A stretch of 63,568 nt of DNA, counting the filler, from Sphacelaria rigidula (taxonomy: Eukaryota), in NCBI GenBank assembly GCA_964200075.2. It is 8 parts of 8 records of this genome, joined end to end, with 100 filler letters (N's around TTAATTAATTAA, not from the genome) between each part and the next. Parts side by side here need not be neighbours in the genome. Positions count along the whole stretch, not along the records: positions 31,837 to 39,694 come from CAXNAA020013203.1; positions 39,795 to 47,652 come from CAXNAA020013204.1; positions 47,753 to 55,610 come from CAXNAA020013205.1; 5 more parts are not named here. One strand, written 5' to 3'. Of the stretch, positions 37,329-48,975 are shown piece by piece (within the stretch, counting starts at the first letter, position 1; every line of letters begins with the position of its first letter). The notes under the pieces were generated by a model, which was not told the origin of the DNA, made no database searches, and was given only the letters and a program-made list of their open reading frames with translations. The position numbers and the translations under genes were made by a program.

Positions 37329-39640
37329 GTGAGTTTTCGAAAACAAGAGCCCAGCGATTTACTCCAGAGTATGTCGCGTCTCGAGTTGGGCGACGACTTC
37401 CAAACATCGACTTTTACCATACCATGGTGCCAATCAGCAACGGCTGCTGGCAGCGATTGTGAACATGCACTTGTGTAGACCAGCCCGTATCAGGTTTACA
37501 CGTTACACGTCTCACGAGTTCGAGTCCTACTCGCGAGACTTGGACTCGTTGAACAAGTCGAAGGCAAATTTCCTTCATGATCTGTCTGAATCAAGTCGAA
37601 AGTCTACTTCGCTGCGTTGGGTACCGTCACGGTTCCACCTCAGTTGGAATTTACTGTGGGAAAAATCGAAGTTTGCGAACGGCGCGCGAGCACACGGCAC
37701 GTCGTCGATATCGAACGCACTTTTCGCACGTGTAGTGCCTATTGAGTATTGAAAGGATGCAGGGTAACCATATTTCGTTCACCCAAGATGGGAGAACACG
37801 ACGTGAAACAAGTCACCAGATATTACAAAAGGAACTTTTGTTACAGCTACTGCAACCGGACCGTTGATCCCTTGAGACCACGGACTCGTCTCGATGGAGG
37901 GGAGGGGTTCAAAGTGCAACAACGAAAAGCGGTTGTCCTTAGAGCAGGAACCCGCACAATCTGTACGGGTCTGCACTTCAGTCACTGGACGGAGCCCATC
38001 ACGTCCTGTTGACTGCTATCAATGCGACGAGGGGTCGTGTGCATCCACTCATGGTCTTTGCATTATCGTGCAATCTCCATCTGGGATGATATCATACTTA
38101 TCTGGGTCATCCCACCCGGGATATCAATGTCCACCTAGGATATCAGATTCATCTGGGGAATGGACACTCTAGGACGACGTTCCAGATGGATATTCACATT
38201 CCGAATGGACATCCTGAATGGATATTCCGGGTGGAAGTTGCAAGATAATGCAAGGCTGCTCACCACCGTGGATAAATACGGCGGTCATACTACAGCTGCA
38301 GACACCTTTGCCAATTTGTCTGCCACCATCAGTGGAGTTTCCTGTACCACCAAGCCATTACATCACTCTGATTGTGAACGTGGTATACACAATTATCCAC
38401 CTATTTCCTTAAATGTAACCTATATCCTAGATGATTACTCATGTGCCCTCGGGAAAGCACTCCGACATCTGCAGCTTTGGGTACGAGATATGTTCCTTGG
38501 TCGCCGATGTGCGGCGTTTCAGACATATCCGCTGTCACAGCACCGGCCGTGTCCTGAAAGTGCGTCTCGGAGTTGCGTTTCGACGTCCGGTGCTCGCACG
38601 ACGGGACTCAAGTTAGAACCATGCTCATTTTTTCCACATGATCCGCATGATTCGAGTCAGAATCGCCCGTACCTTGGGACAAGACAATCACTGGTATAGC
38701 TCGAGTCAGACAAGCCCTCCTTTTCCCGACATGTCTAGAATGATCCAAGTCGAGCTCCTCCTTACTATTCGACGAGACGACAGTTAGGTTCAAGTCGACC
38801 TCGTTCTCAGGTCTCACTTTCCTCTTCCGATATGACCAGTGTAGCTCGAGAACATACCACCGTAGACTCGGGGCGTTTGTGATTTGTTAACCGCGACTTG
38901 ATTCTAAATGCCACCTAGCCGTGTTGATAGCGTGGGCCAAAGAACGTGTGGAGCTCTGACTTTTGGGTTGGATTTATACGTACATGGTCGTCATACCGAA
39001 CATACCTGGCGTATCGTGCATCACAGGGCGCTGGGATCTACATCGACGACAAGGGTTCGGTCACCGCGGGCGACGACGTCAATTTCATCGACAATTTGGC
39101 GGTGAGAAACATGTCATGAATCACCTAATCGATTTTATCGTCAGTCGAGCATTAGTTCGGTACACGTTATTGGTCACTTTTGAACAACAGCACTCGCAAG
39201 ACTCAGCACCCGGTGGACCGTGAGCCTTCAGTGGGTGAAGGTAATATTGGTTACTGCCGATCAACCACTCGGACGATTAAACAATTTTTTTTCGACCATA
39301 CAGTAGTCAACACTTATGGGGGAGTGTTCCATTGAAAGAAATTCTATAAGATTTCCTGGGTACCAACTCTCATCATGGTTACAGTTTGATGCCAAGCTTT
39401 GGGGATCGGGAAATATGCGTGCCCCTACGCAAATTGCAAGAAAAAAATCTACCGCCAATTTTGAGGGGGTTACGGGCTAAGTGCTTGTCGGGGGTCATTC
39501 GCGTGGACAGCCCCAAGTTCTCGCTCTTTGATATTTCCGCGCAACCGAATCGATCTTGATCCTTATGATGAAGAAAAATCTCAAGCTCAGTTTCACATAC
39601 TTCCAAGATATTTGATGCGCTTTGTGACGGTTTAACAAAC

Positions 39641-39694
39641 AACTGACTAGACTACTGACGAGTCAGCGCTGACTGGTCAGTAGTCTAGTTGGTT
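39641..39694. repeat. 54-nt near-perfect palindrome at the contig end
   Basis: aactgactagactactgacgagtcagc|gctgactggtcagtagtctagttggtt, with 3 mismatched pairs out of 27. Confidence 0.85.
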
Positions 39695-39794
39695 NNNNNN
39701 NNNNNNNNNNNNNNNNNNNNNNNNNNNNNNNNNNNNNNTTAATTAATTAANNNNNNNNNNNNNNNNNNNNNNNNNNNNNNNNNNNNNNNNNNNN

Positions 39795-39861
39795 GATTTT
39801 AATCCTCCGGGTTCTCATCCTCAATCAAAAGCACCATCCTCAACATAGATGATTGGCTGTT
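39795..39861. mobile_element. Right end of another copy of the 41753-42195 foldback element
   Basis: tttaatcctccgggttct.atcct.aat.aaa...ccatcct.aa...gatgat.ggctgtt matches 42132-42195. Confidence 0.8.
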
Positions 39862-40155
39862 CCAAGGGACCGGGGTCCGGAAAATGAATCCACGGGAGAA
39901 AATCGGCTGTAGACGGACTAAATTCCACATATTTGTACAAATACGGATTGGTTGGCATGAAAATGGTCTGAGACCCCCGGTGAAAAAATCACAGTTTTAG
40001 TTTTACGGTTTTGGACCTGCGCGTTGGGAATAATAGTGTGACCAAAACCCAGCAGAGACGTTCATTTTGTTTCTGGTTTCGTGGCATCTTGGGTATGTAG
40101 CCACGAGGAGAAACTGCCCATGTCGGGCCACGCACATGATCTACTCGATTGTTAC

Positions 40156-43100
40156 CTGCTCCATCCGCTCGTACGAGGTGACCTCGGTATGGTACACCAC
40201 ATCGTCCAGCGCCCACTTCTCCGCCTTGTGTTTTCGAGTCACTTCTTGCTTCATCGCAGTCAACATTCCCTGCGCAGTCGAGAGAGGCGTGCATGTCGAC
40301 GCAAATAAGGCGTGAATTGCCGAATGACTATTTTTCAAATGATTTACCGGGTCCCGTTAAGACAGGTGCGTAATTAATTGTGCGTTGTTGAATCAAGTGC
40401 AGGGAGTTGAAAGTTGGCGTTTATAGGCGACAAATTGAGTCTGCTTGTTGTCAACAATTATATTGACGGCTACCCCACACCTTCAACAGGGCTAATTAAT
40501 TTGTGAAAGAAGAAAACTCTAGAGTACTTCATTCAAAGGGTTGAAAAAAAGATGATGCATGTTGTGCTACATCTCCGGTAGAGTAGGGGAGAAACTCTGT
40601 GCCGCACTGCTCAGCTCCATAGCCTAAGCCAGACGATCTCGACAAGAGAACTATCAACGAGGGAGGACTCCAGTAGCACTGGCCTCGTGCTCGACAAGTT
40701 CTTTATTTTAACTTGTTATTATTGCGGAGTGATCTTCAACAAACCACATCGTGAGCCAGCAGCAAGGAGCCACACACAACAGATAAGGGCCATCGATCCA
40801 GGATCCCCTGTCCTCTGCCACTGCTCCAATCATGCATGCGATTATACTGAAACCTAGGGCTTATTGGTATCATTTGGCTACAGCTCCCTCCGGCCGTGCT
40901 AGGTTGTCTTCGTAGGCTGGGCGATCTGTCGTTGAGATTGAATTGTTCACGAGCGAGCTATAAGCAGATTGAAGATTGTCCACCTCCGACGCAAACCCAC
41001 CCACCTGCCAATACAATGAGTGATGTTCGTCGATTGCTTGCCTGTGGGTTGAAGAAACCCGTGAGCCAGTAGCAGGTAGGTCGTCCATTGTTCAGCCAAG
41101 CTCTATCCTGCTCATCGCGAGTGATGAGGGAGCTGAACCATAACCCCAGCGTTGGCAGAATCCACGAGAACTCGTCCCCCGTGATGGTGAAGGCCCACAG
41201 CCGGGGCACCTTTTTAGTCGAGAAGTACGGGAGAGGGTGTGCATAGAGAGGAGTAGATGCACGCCTTTGGGGGAAGGGCACGCCAGAAGCGGCAAGGGTG
41301 CCGCGTGCAAGTCTTCGATACGAACCCGGGGAGTAGCGTATCCGCTTCGTTCTCGGTGAACTATGTACTGTACTAGCCGTACGATGCGTAGTAGCGCCGG
41401 CGTCACCTACCACCCCCCTTGAAAACCAAAACCATCGGTTGAAAACTGTAGACGATGGCTTTGTCTGAATTCAAACATGGTTCGAGAGTACGACTTCTGC
41501 ATTATTTCCTGGAAGCTGGGTTACATATTCTTTATACCGTGGAACATGGTGTACGAGACCCCTGAGTAATACACGAGCGCCCTCACCCCCCCGCGCGCGC
41601 GCCTCAAGAAAATGACACTGATCGCATGATGCGTTGTCGGCTGTTTCTCGCACAGTACCAGTACTAACTGTACTGTACCGCCGTGCGTAGTACGTCACCC
41701 CCCTCATACTCCGTCTCGAAAGCGATGCGTGGTCAACGGTCAAACGACTAAGAACAGCCGATCATCGAAATTGAGAATGGAGCTTTTTATTGAGGGTGAA
41801 AACCCGGAGGATTAAAATCTTCGTATCCTCACCAAATCTTTCAAATATGGTTTTATTCCTTCCCCTACTGATAGCTTTTGACAACTACTACACGCCCTAC
41901 AAATTTGGATTTCGAGAACCGAAATGCTGGAGTCCTAGATGAGGACTAATTTCGGGGAATTTAGGTGATCCGATCGGATCGCCGAAATTCCCCGAAATTG
42001 GTTTTTCACCCAGGACCCCAATATTTCGGCTATCGAAATCCAAGTTCGTATGGCGTGTAGCAGTTGCCAACAGCTACCAGTAGGTGAAGGAATGGATCCA
42101 TATTTCGAAGATTTGGTGTGGATACGAGGAGTTTAATCCTCCGGGTTCTTATCCTTAATAAAAAGGTCCATCCTTAATTTCGATGATCGGCTGTTTAAGG
42201 CAAGCAACAAAATGTGAACCCATCCGCCCCCCTCATACTAGCACCCCCGGGCGATGACTACTCGATTTCAAGAAGCTCATGGACCGGGGGTCGTATAGTG
42301 CGCACTACATCCTATGGCAAATGGCACAAAAAGAAAGTGTTTGATGGCTGAGTCTCACTTTCGCGTCGTAGACAGCATAGAGCGTCTCCTGGAGCTCTTC
42401 CGTCATGACGACCTCACCCTTGATGGCTTGCTGGAGCTGTGTCAAGATGAATCGGACTTTCGCGACCACCCTCTGTAGCCGTTGAATCTCCTGCAAGTGC
42501 AATGGTGGTACAGCGGGTCGTTGGAGAAGAATCGACGAAACAAAAGCCATCGCAGAGTTCGTTATTGATCAGCTAGAACAAAACTGTTGAGGGAGGTATA
42601 TATATATATATATATATTTATACATATATCTACTGTACATCCGAAACGTCGAACTACAGCGGACCGGTGACGATAGATTGGAGAAGCGATCGCCTCGTCA
42701 AAAAGAGGACGGAATCAGAAATTTCTTGAGGTGTCACGCTAGCTCGTACCGCGCAAGCTCCCGTGAAAAATCCCCCCATCGATGTCAAGCTATTTTATTT
42801 TATTTTCTGCTTTTTCTCTTGTCTTTTGTTTTGTATCCCCTTTTTTTCTCGTCTCTTCATAGTCTATCTACCCTGTTCGTCTGCTCTACGTTTTTTTTTT
42901 TTTCTGTTTTTTTTGCTTTTTCCGTCACTCTCCTCCAGGGAATGTTTGAGATTTGTTTTGTCTCGGGTACGTCTATCGTGTGGACAATGACCACGGTTGG
43001 ATCATGACTACATCGGGGGGTCAGTTAGCAGTTAAAGTGCAATAATCAAGTCAATCAATCAATCAAAAGCAATCAACCAATCAACCAAGCAACCAATCAT

Positions 43101-46100
43101 AATCAATTAACCAAAAACCATGTCCGGTCGTTTTATCGTCTACGCCCATCACCTGGAAGAGGAAGATATTCAACGGCACGGCGAGGCCGCCAAGTTTCTG
43201 CAGTTTGGCTTTGTAGTCGTCCTCGATGTAGTCCTCCGGTAGTCGCTCCAAAAGCTCGCTAGCCTTCTCGTACACCACGTCTTCACGACTCGCACCGCCC
43301 CCACCCCCTCCACCCTGACCAAATGAGAAATCACCACGTACGTACGTGTGTTGGAGCGTTTGGATGCTTATCGACGGTAAATCCATTGAACGTCAAACCC
43401 CGCGCGGAACCGACGGCATTTATCGCGCGCACGGTAGTGTTTCCGTGGATATATTATCCTAAAACTTGATAGCACACATGTGCATAGTTTTCAGGTCTCG
43501 CGTCTAAGGGGTCTTATCAACGCAGATTTTTTCTTTTCAGATTTTTTGTTTTTCCTTCGCTTCGTTGCGAAAAATTGGGATATCCCCCCGACTGCTCCCG
43601 GACAACAATTGCTGAAAAACGTTCCGACGCTAGATGTTTAGAGATATTTGTAGTCAGCCTCAAATCGATCTATCTATTGCCTGACCTGGTGAAAAAATCT
43701 GCTCTCAATTGTTTCGATTTTTTTCTTCCTTACAAAAAGTAGGAGATTTCGGGGGGGAAAAAAAGACGATGGTGATACTCCTAAGAAGTACCAGAGTTTG
43801 TCTGTGCTTGGTTGAGTTTCACACGGAGATTGCGTGTCTTGTTGTTGTCCTACCTTCGGCTGTGTGTTGCCCAAGGTACCAAACAACGCGTTGACCTCTT
43901 TAACTCGGAACGTCAAGTCGGCATTCGGGTGTAGGCCGAAAATTTCCGGCGTGTCGATCTCCGGGAAAGTCTTCACGTAGTCCTTGTAAACTCCCAACTG
44001 CTCGGAGCTACAGGAAACGATGCACGGGGGGGGGGGGGGGGGGGGGGGGGGTCGCTTTTTNNNNNNNNNNATTAGGGGGGAAATTTTTCGGGCTCGTCTC
44101 CGCGTTACCCTGGACTTCTGGGGCGGGAGAGGGTCGTACTCACTTTTTGCTTGCTTTAGTCATTTGACCATTGACCATGCATCCCCTCGAGACGGTGCGC
44201 GGTTCCTACCCCTGATAGAGACACCTCCAATGTTTGGGCGCGTATCACGTTTTTTCCCCATATATTACACAGTAATCTTTTACATGTCTTACCCATGAAG
44301 GGGGGGGGGGGGCGGGGTGGGTAGTCTTCTTCCTTCGGCCGGGCGTTCTTAAANNNNNNNNNNGTTTTTCCCCCTGTTTTGCCCAATTATCTTTTTCCTT
44401 GTTTTCCCCGGGAGGGGGGGGGGGGGGCAGGGAGTGTAGTCATGATCTTGCATGCCGTAGTTGTAATATCATTGAGGTTGCATCCCTACAAAGCCGGGGC
44501 GGAGCACGCCAGTTTTTCGCCGGACCAGGCTCGCAATCACCAAACGCGAAGCGTGTGAAATGTTGGGCGAGTCGCGTGAAGGGTGAGCTGCATCCTGTTA
44601 AAATCGTTCGGCCCGAAGTGTACCAATAATCTTGCATATGAATGACAGCCTCGAATGAGTTTCTTCATTTTCTGGTACCTGCACCTCCAGAGACAGCCAT
44701 AGGTTACGTTGCGTCACGAGTATCTCGCGATTTAAACATTGCGTTGTATGATCACTCTCGTTGTGCGGAGTTGACGTTCTCCACCCCGCATAGTATGATC
44801 TAGTTCGACAACCATCATGGTTACTGCAAAAACAAATGCGAGGAAATAAACGGTAAACCTGTTTGCCTAGCTTACGCAGTGTGTGGCGTGTTTTACAGCG
44901 TCGTTGCCAATCGACGCCAACCCTGAAAGGGGGAGGGTTGGAGGGGGTGTACTGATGATCTTGCATGCCATAGTCATATGACCATAGACCTCGCATCCCG
45001 CAAAGCCGGGAAGGAGCACGCCGGGTTTTCGCCGGATCAAGCTCGCAAATAATCACCAAGCGCGAAGCGCCGTGGTGTGTTCGGCGAGTCGCGTGTAGGG
45101 TGAGCGGCATCCTGCTAAGATTGGTCAGCTCTAAGCGTGCTGATTATCTTGCATTTGGATGGCAGCCCGCACTGAGCTGCTTCATTTTCTGGCAACACCA
45201 CTTCCTGAGACAGCCACGGCTTACACACTGCCTCATGGGTGTCTCACCATGCAAATACTACGTAGCAACATCACCCCCCTTTGCACGGAGTTGAGGCTCT
45301 CCCACCCCGCACAGAATTATCTAGCTCGATTACCATCATGGTTACCGCGAAGAAGCAATCTCAAGCGCGCTAAAACAATCGGTAACCTGGCTGCTCAGCT
45401 TACGCAATGAATGGCGTGTTTTACAGCGTCATTGCCAGCCAACGCCAACCCCCACTAGAAGGCCGAGACAGAATACGCCGGATTTTCGCTGGACCAGGCT
45501 GAAAACATAAAGGGGGCGCGGGCGAGGGGATAACGACCCCGGAAGTATGAAAAAAAATCGCGTACTCGTAGAACAAGTGGATGCGCACACGCTGCTTTCC
45601 CTGCCCATGTTGTCGAACTATACACTTTCTGCGGCGGGGTGACCCAAAATAGAGTACGTCGTATGAGAGGATTCACAATATATATATTTCAGATTCAAAG
45701 CGATATTTTGCGACGGTTCGTCCCCATGTTTTCCAAGAGCTGTGTTGTATCCCATGCATCAGACACAAAAGCAGGCGGCATTAGGCGTCCGCAAAGGCGC
45801 ACTCGAGATTCTCGAACGCAGCAGCGCTTACCTAGGAATTGTGTACTTGAAGTCCTGGGGTATGCGGAATATAGGACTCGGAGGGTTGTAGGTGAAGCTG
45901 TCCGCGCATGTGTTGGGAGTAAGCCACACCTAGACGTGGCGTCAATCCATAAAGCATGGAGCATGACCGAGCAATTTGCGAGGCCGTTACGTTTTCGGGA
46001 CCTCAGATACCCTCACGATCCGTGGTGTAGTGTGGATGGCAGGGTGGTATGAAACCATTTCGTCTCAAGTAAGGGCACATACACTCTAAGGAACTTCTCG

Positions 46101-47027
46101 AACGGCCGGGAAAACCCTGTCGGCATGTACTCTCCCTATGCTGCCCACTTTATGGGCTGTCGAACCTGATATCAGTTGGTCGGATAGGTACTCTTTGTAG
46201 AAGGTCGTCGTCAAGCACCCACGCAAACTCCGCTCCTGTGTGACGCACACAATTTCTGACCCAAAACCGAGGTTTCGGCAAAGAGCACAACTCAATCTGT
46301 GCCGTGTGTGCTGAAAGTACGTTTGAAAACGCATGTTCGCGGCTGGTGTATCTTCACCTGCGTGTACGTCTTGAACATACGCCGGTCCAGGTTGTCTGTG
46401 ATCTTGCCCCCGTACTGCACCTCCGACACCATGTACTGAAATGTTGGCCAACTGCGATATCAAAAACATGCGAGTTTACGAGGGGTGTTTTGATATCTTT
46501 ACCGTAGCACCGAGACGGTTGATTGGTTGATGGATTGATTATCGCACTTTAATTGATCCCTCAGGAGTCATGATCCAGTCGTGGTCAATATCCACATGAT
46601 AGACCTACCCAAGGGGAAAAAAGCAAAATGGGAACACTCGCTGAAAACTAGTGGGGAAAACAGAAAGGAAAAACAGACATCGCATATCTCCACTCCTTCG
46701 CTTTTTGAACTGCAGCTGCACCAATGCAACACCGACAATTGCCCGGGCGAGAATCAGGCTCAAGTTAGTCTCAGGCTTTCATAGCTAGTTGGAGGAACGG
46801 CAAGATTGTCGTTTGTGCGTACCTGATGGGCCCATTGTAGAGATGTTTTTCCAAGAACAGAATGCATGCGGTAAGGTCGCCGTTGTTGTACTCGTATGGG
46901 ATGCACCATCCCAGCGGACCAAACTTCCTCCGCTCTTGCACCTGTGGGAAGAGGGTAGTAGCCGAATGCGTGCATGCGACAAATCTCCGAGGTTGACAAC
47001 AACAGCAACAGCAACAGCAGCAGCAGC

Positions 47028-47074
<47 letters not shown>

Positions 47075-47381
47075 CGCAGGGATATTCTCCGGGGAGACGA
47101 TGTTGATTGAGGGAGATGGTGGGCATATTTTCAGCCCGTTGAGTATACGCAGTAATGTTGTACTTTTTAACGAAGTACGTCTGCAATGACGAATGATCTT
47201 TGGGTGGACGTACATCGTGTGAAGCTGCGCACAAACGTACCACAGAGTGCAGGAAGCACAGGGAGAACAACAGCTGCCTCCATTGAGCGGTCTCCACCCT
47301 CTCCAGTCGCTCCTGGTCCACGATAACTGTGTAAGATCGTAGGATCCCGGCCTTCAATCCAGCTGGCGGCTCGTTCGTAAC
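40156..47381 (-). CDS. Axonemal dynein heavy chain, outer-arm gamma (DNAH5/8, ODA2-like) type; partial, AAA6 to C-terminal domain
   Basis: Nine phase-compatible exons: 47381-47241 (VTNEPPAGLKAG), 46941-46823 (VQERRKFGPLGWCIPYEYN), 46451-46358 (EVQYGGKITDNLDRR), 45929-45832, 44007-43854 (DTPEIFGLHPNAD), 43314-43153 (PLNIFLFQ), 42490-42359 (EIQRLQ), 41209-41042 (TLGLWF..GRP..YWLTGFFNPQ) and 40269-40156 (GMLTAMKQEVTR..WALDDV). Confidence 0.96.
41753..42195. mobile_element. 443-bp spacerless foldback MITE with AACAGCCG..CGGCTGTT ends and a TAAG target-site duplication
   Basis: The whole element is an imperfect palindrome centred on gatccgatcggatc (~41967-41980). It interrupts a subfamily A repeat (acgacTAAG|element|TAAGgcaagcaac), so the empty site is known from other copies. 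Confidence 0.92.
44436..45451 (+). repeat. Two tandem full-length (about 500 bp) copies of dispersed repeat subfamily B in a dynein intron
   Basis: Copies at 44436-44923 and 44949-45451 are separated by a G-rich linker. Other copies lie at 15919-15985 (-), 19916-20200 (+), 31837-31908 (-), 57021-57484 (-), 58260-58290 (-), 61580-61956 (-), 61980-62030 (-) and 63463-63568 (-). Confidence 0.92.
46997..47074 (+). repeat. (CAA/CAG)n microsatellite in a dynein intron
   Basis: Directly visible. Confidence 0.95.
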
Positions 47382-48280
47382 CTAGGATAGGGTGAAGCAG
47401 TGCGGCCGAATATAGGCTGAGCGTTTTCTCATGCTTCTTGGGTTTTTTAGAGGGCGGGAACGAGTCAGGCTAACCCCCCCCTCCCCCTCCGATAAGCGGT
47501 CTCGAAAGAGATGCGTGGTCAATGGTCGAACGGCTAAGGCAAGCAACGAATGAGTACGCCCCCCCCCCCCTCCGATTAGACGACAAGAACAGAAAAACAG
47601 CAGGGGCAGACGGAATAGCGAGTTAGTTTCTCAAGTACGGGGGAGATGGAATNNNNNNNNNNNNNNNNNNNNNNNNNNNNNNNNNNNNNNNNNNNNTTAA
47701 TTAATTAANNNNNNNNNNNNNNNNNNNNNNNNNNNNNNNNNNNNNNNNNNNNCTCTAACCCTAACCTCAGGGGTGTTCAAATTCCGATGCGGTCCTCTAA
47801 GCACGCGGTCCTCTCACGCATTACAGTGTCCTGCTTCACTGTCTCAGCGGGGCATCCATTGATGTACTACTCCTGTGAAGTGCCCCGAATGAAAACGCGG
47901 CGTAACCTCTGCCTCCACCTCATCCATTTAATTCCGCATTACAATGATTCCGGACCATATGACGTCACATCTTGTTGGTAAGGTCCAGGCGTATCCCGTT
48001 TCCCCCCCGCGCATGGAGCACATGCGCCCTTGGCCACACTTCGTTTTCCAGAGAGCCGTTCCGGGCAGCTTTTGAAGCTTTTTATTTCCACTCCCAACTT
48101 CGGTGCTCGGTCTCGAAAGGGATGCGTGGTCAATGGTCAAACGACTAGGGCAAGCAACAAATGAGTACGCACCCCCATCTCCGTGTTGCATCCGAACATC
48201 AACGTGTCAACAAGAAACAAAGCCTGTACCGCCAAACGTTCCGGGAAAAGCCGGTCAGACCGAATGTAGCCAGGAGGGGG

Positions 48281-48606
48281 TGTAATGCGTGAGAGGACCC
48301 GGTGCTTCGAGGACCACATCGCGGTTCGAAACACCTCAGCATTGACGTTTTTCAAAACCAATCGGGCCAGTCCCGGCACGGACCACGCCCCTGACTGTAA
48401 TGCATGAGAGGACCGCGTGCTTAGAAGAGCGCGCTGTATTTAAAAATACCTCAGGATCAATGTTTTTCAAAACCAATCGGGCGAGTCCCTGCAGGTACCA
48501 CGCCCCTTACCCTAACCCTAACACTAAACCTTACCCTAACCCTAACCATACGAATGTTCAAATTCCGATGCTGTCCTCTAAGCACGCGGTCCTCTCACGC
48601 ATTACG
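48281..48606. mobile_element. Partial plus complete copy of the TGT..ACA telomere-repeat MITE
   Basis: A partial copy at 48281-48395 is directly followed by a full copy at 48396-48606 containing ccctaaccctaac. Another right end lies at 47753-47825. Confidence 0.85.
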
Positions 48607-48759
48607 GGAGTTCACACGCAAGACAGCGGATTCCATCGACAAAAAGTGAACTGGGTATTGTATTTTTTTTTACTAATAATGCGTCTCTTCCTGTAGATGA
48701 TAGATTCCACTCTGTACGCAGCACACTTTCGATAATGTAATCTATTGTACAGGGTGTGG

Positions 48760-48975
48760 TGTAACGCGTGAGAGGACCGCGTGCTTAGAGGATCGCATCT
48801 GAGTTTGAACATCCCTATGGTTGGGGTTAGGGTTAGGGTTAGTGTTAGTGTCGGGGTTGTGGTCAGGGCCGTCGTTCCTGCAGGGACTGGCCCGATTGAG
48901 TTTGAAAAACGTCGATCATGGGGTGTTTTGGAGTACGGCGCGGTCCTCCAAGCTACGGTCCTCTCACGCATTACA
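48760..48975. mobile_element. 216-bp MITE with TGTAA..TTACA terminal inverted repeats, a GTGG target-site duplication and internal (GGGTTA)-like repeats
   Basis: The TIRs are tgtaacgcgtgagaggaccg / cggtcctctcacgcattaca. GTGG lies at 48756-48759 and 48976-48979. The interior has ggggttagggttagggttagtgttag. Confidence 0.9.

Noticed and set aside
46760-47215. Poly-L, poly-V, poly-T and poly-N ORFs
   Set aside because: They come from the (CAA)n microsatellite in a dynein intron.
47753-47766. Possible true telomere at the contig start (ctaaccctaacc)
   Set aside because: It is the internal tract of the TGT..ACA MITE, followed directly by that element's right TIR.
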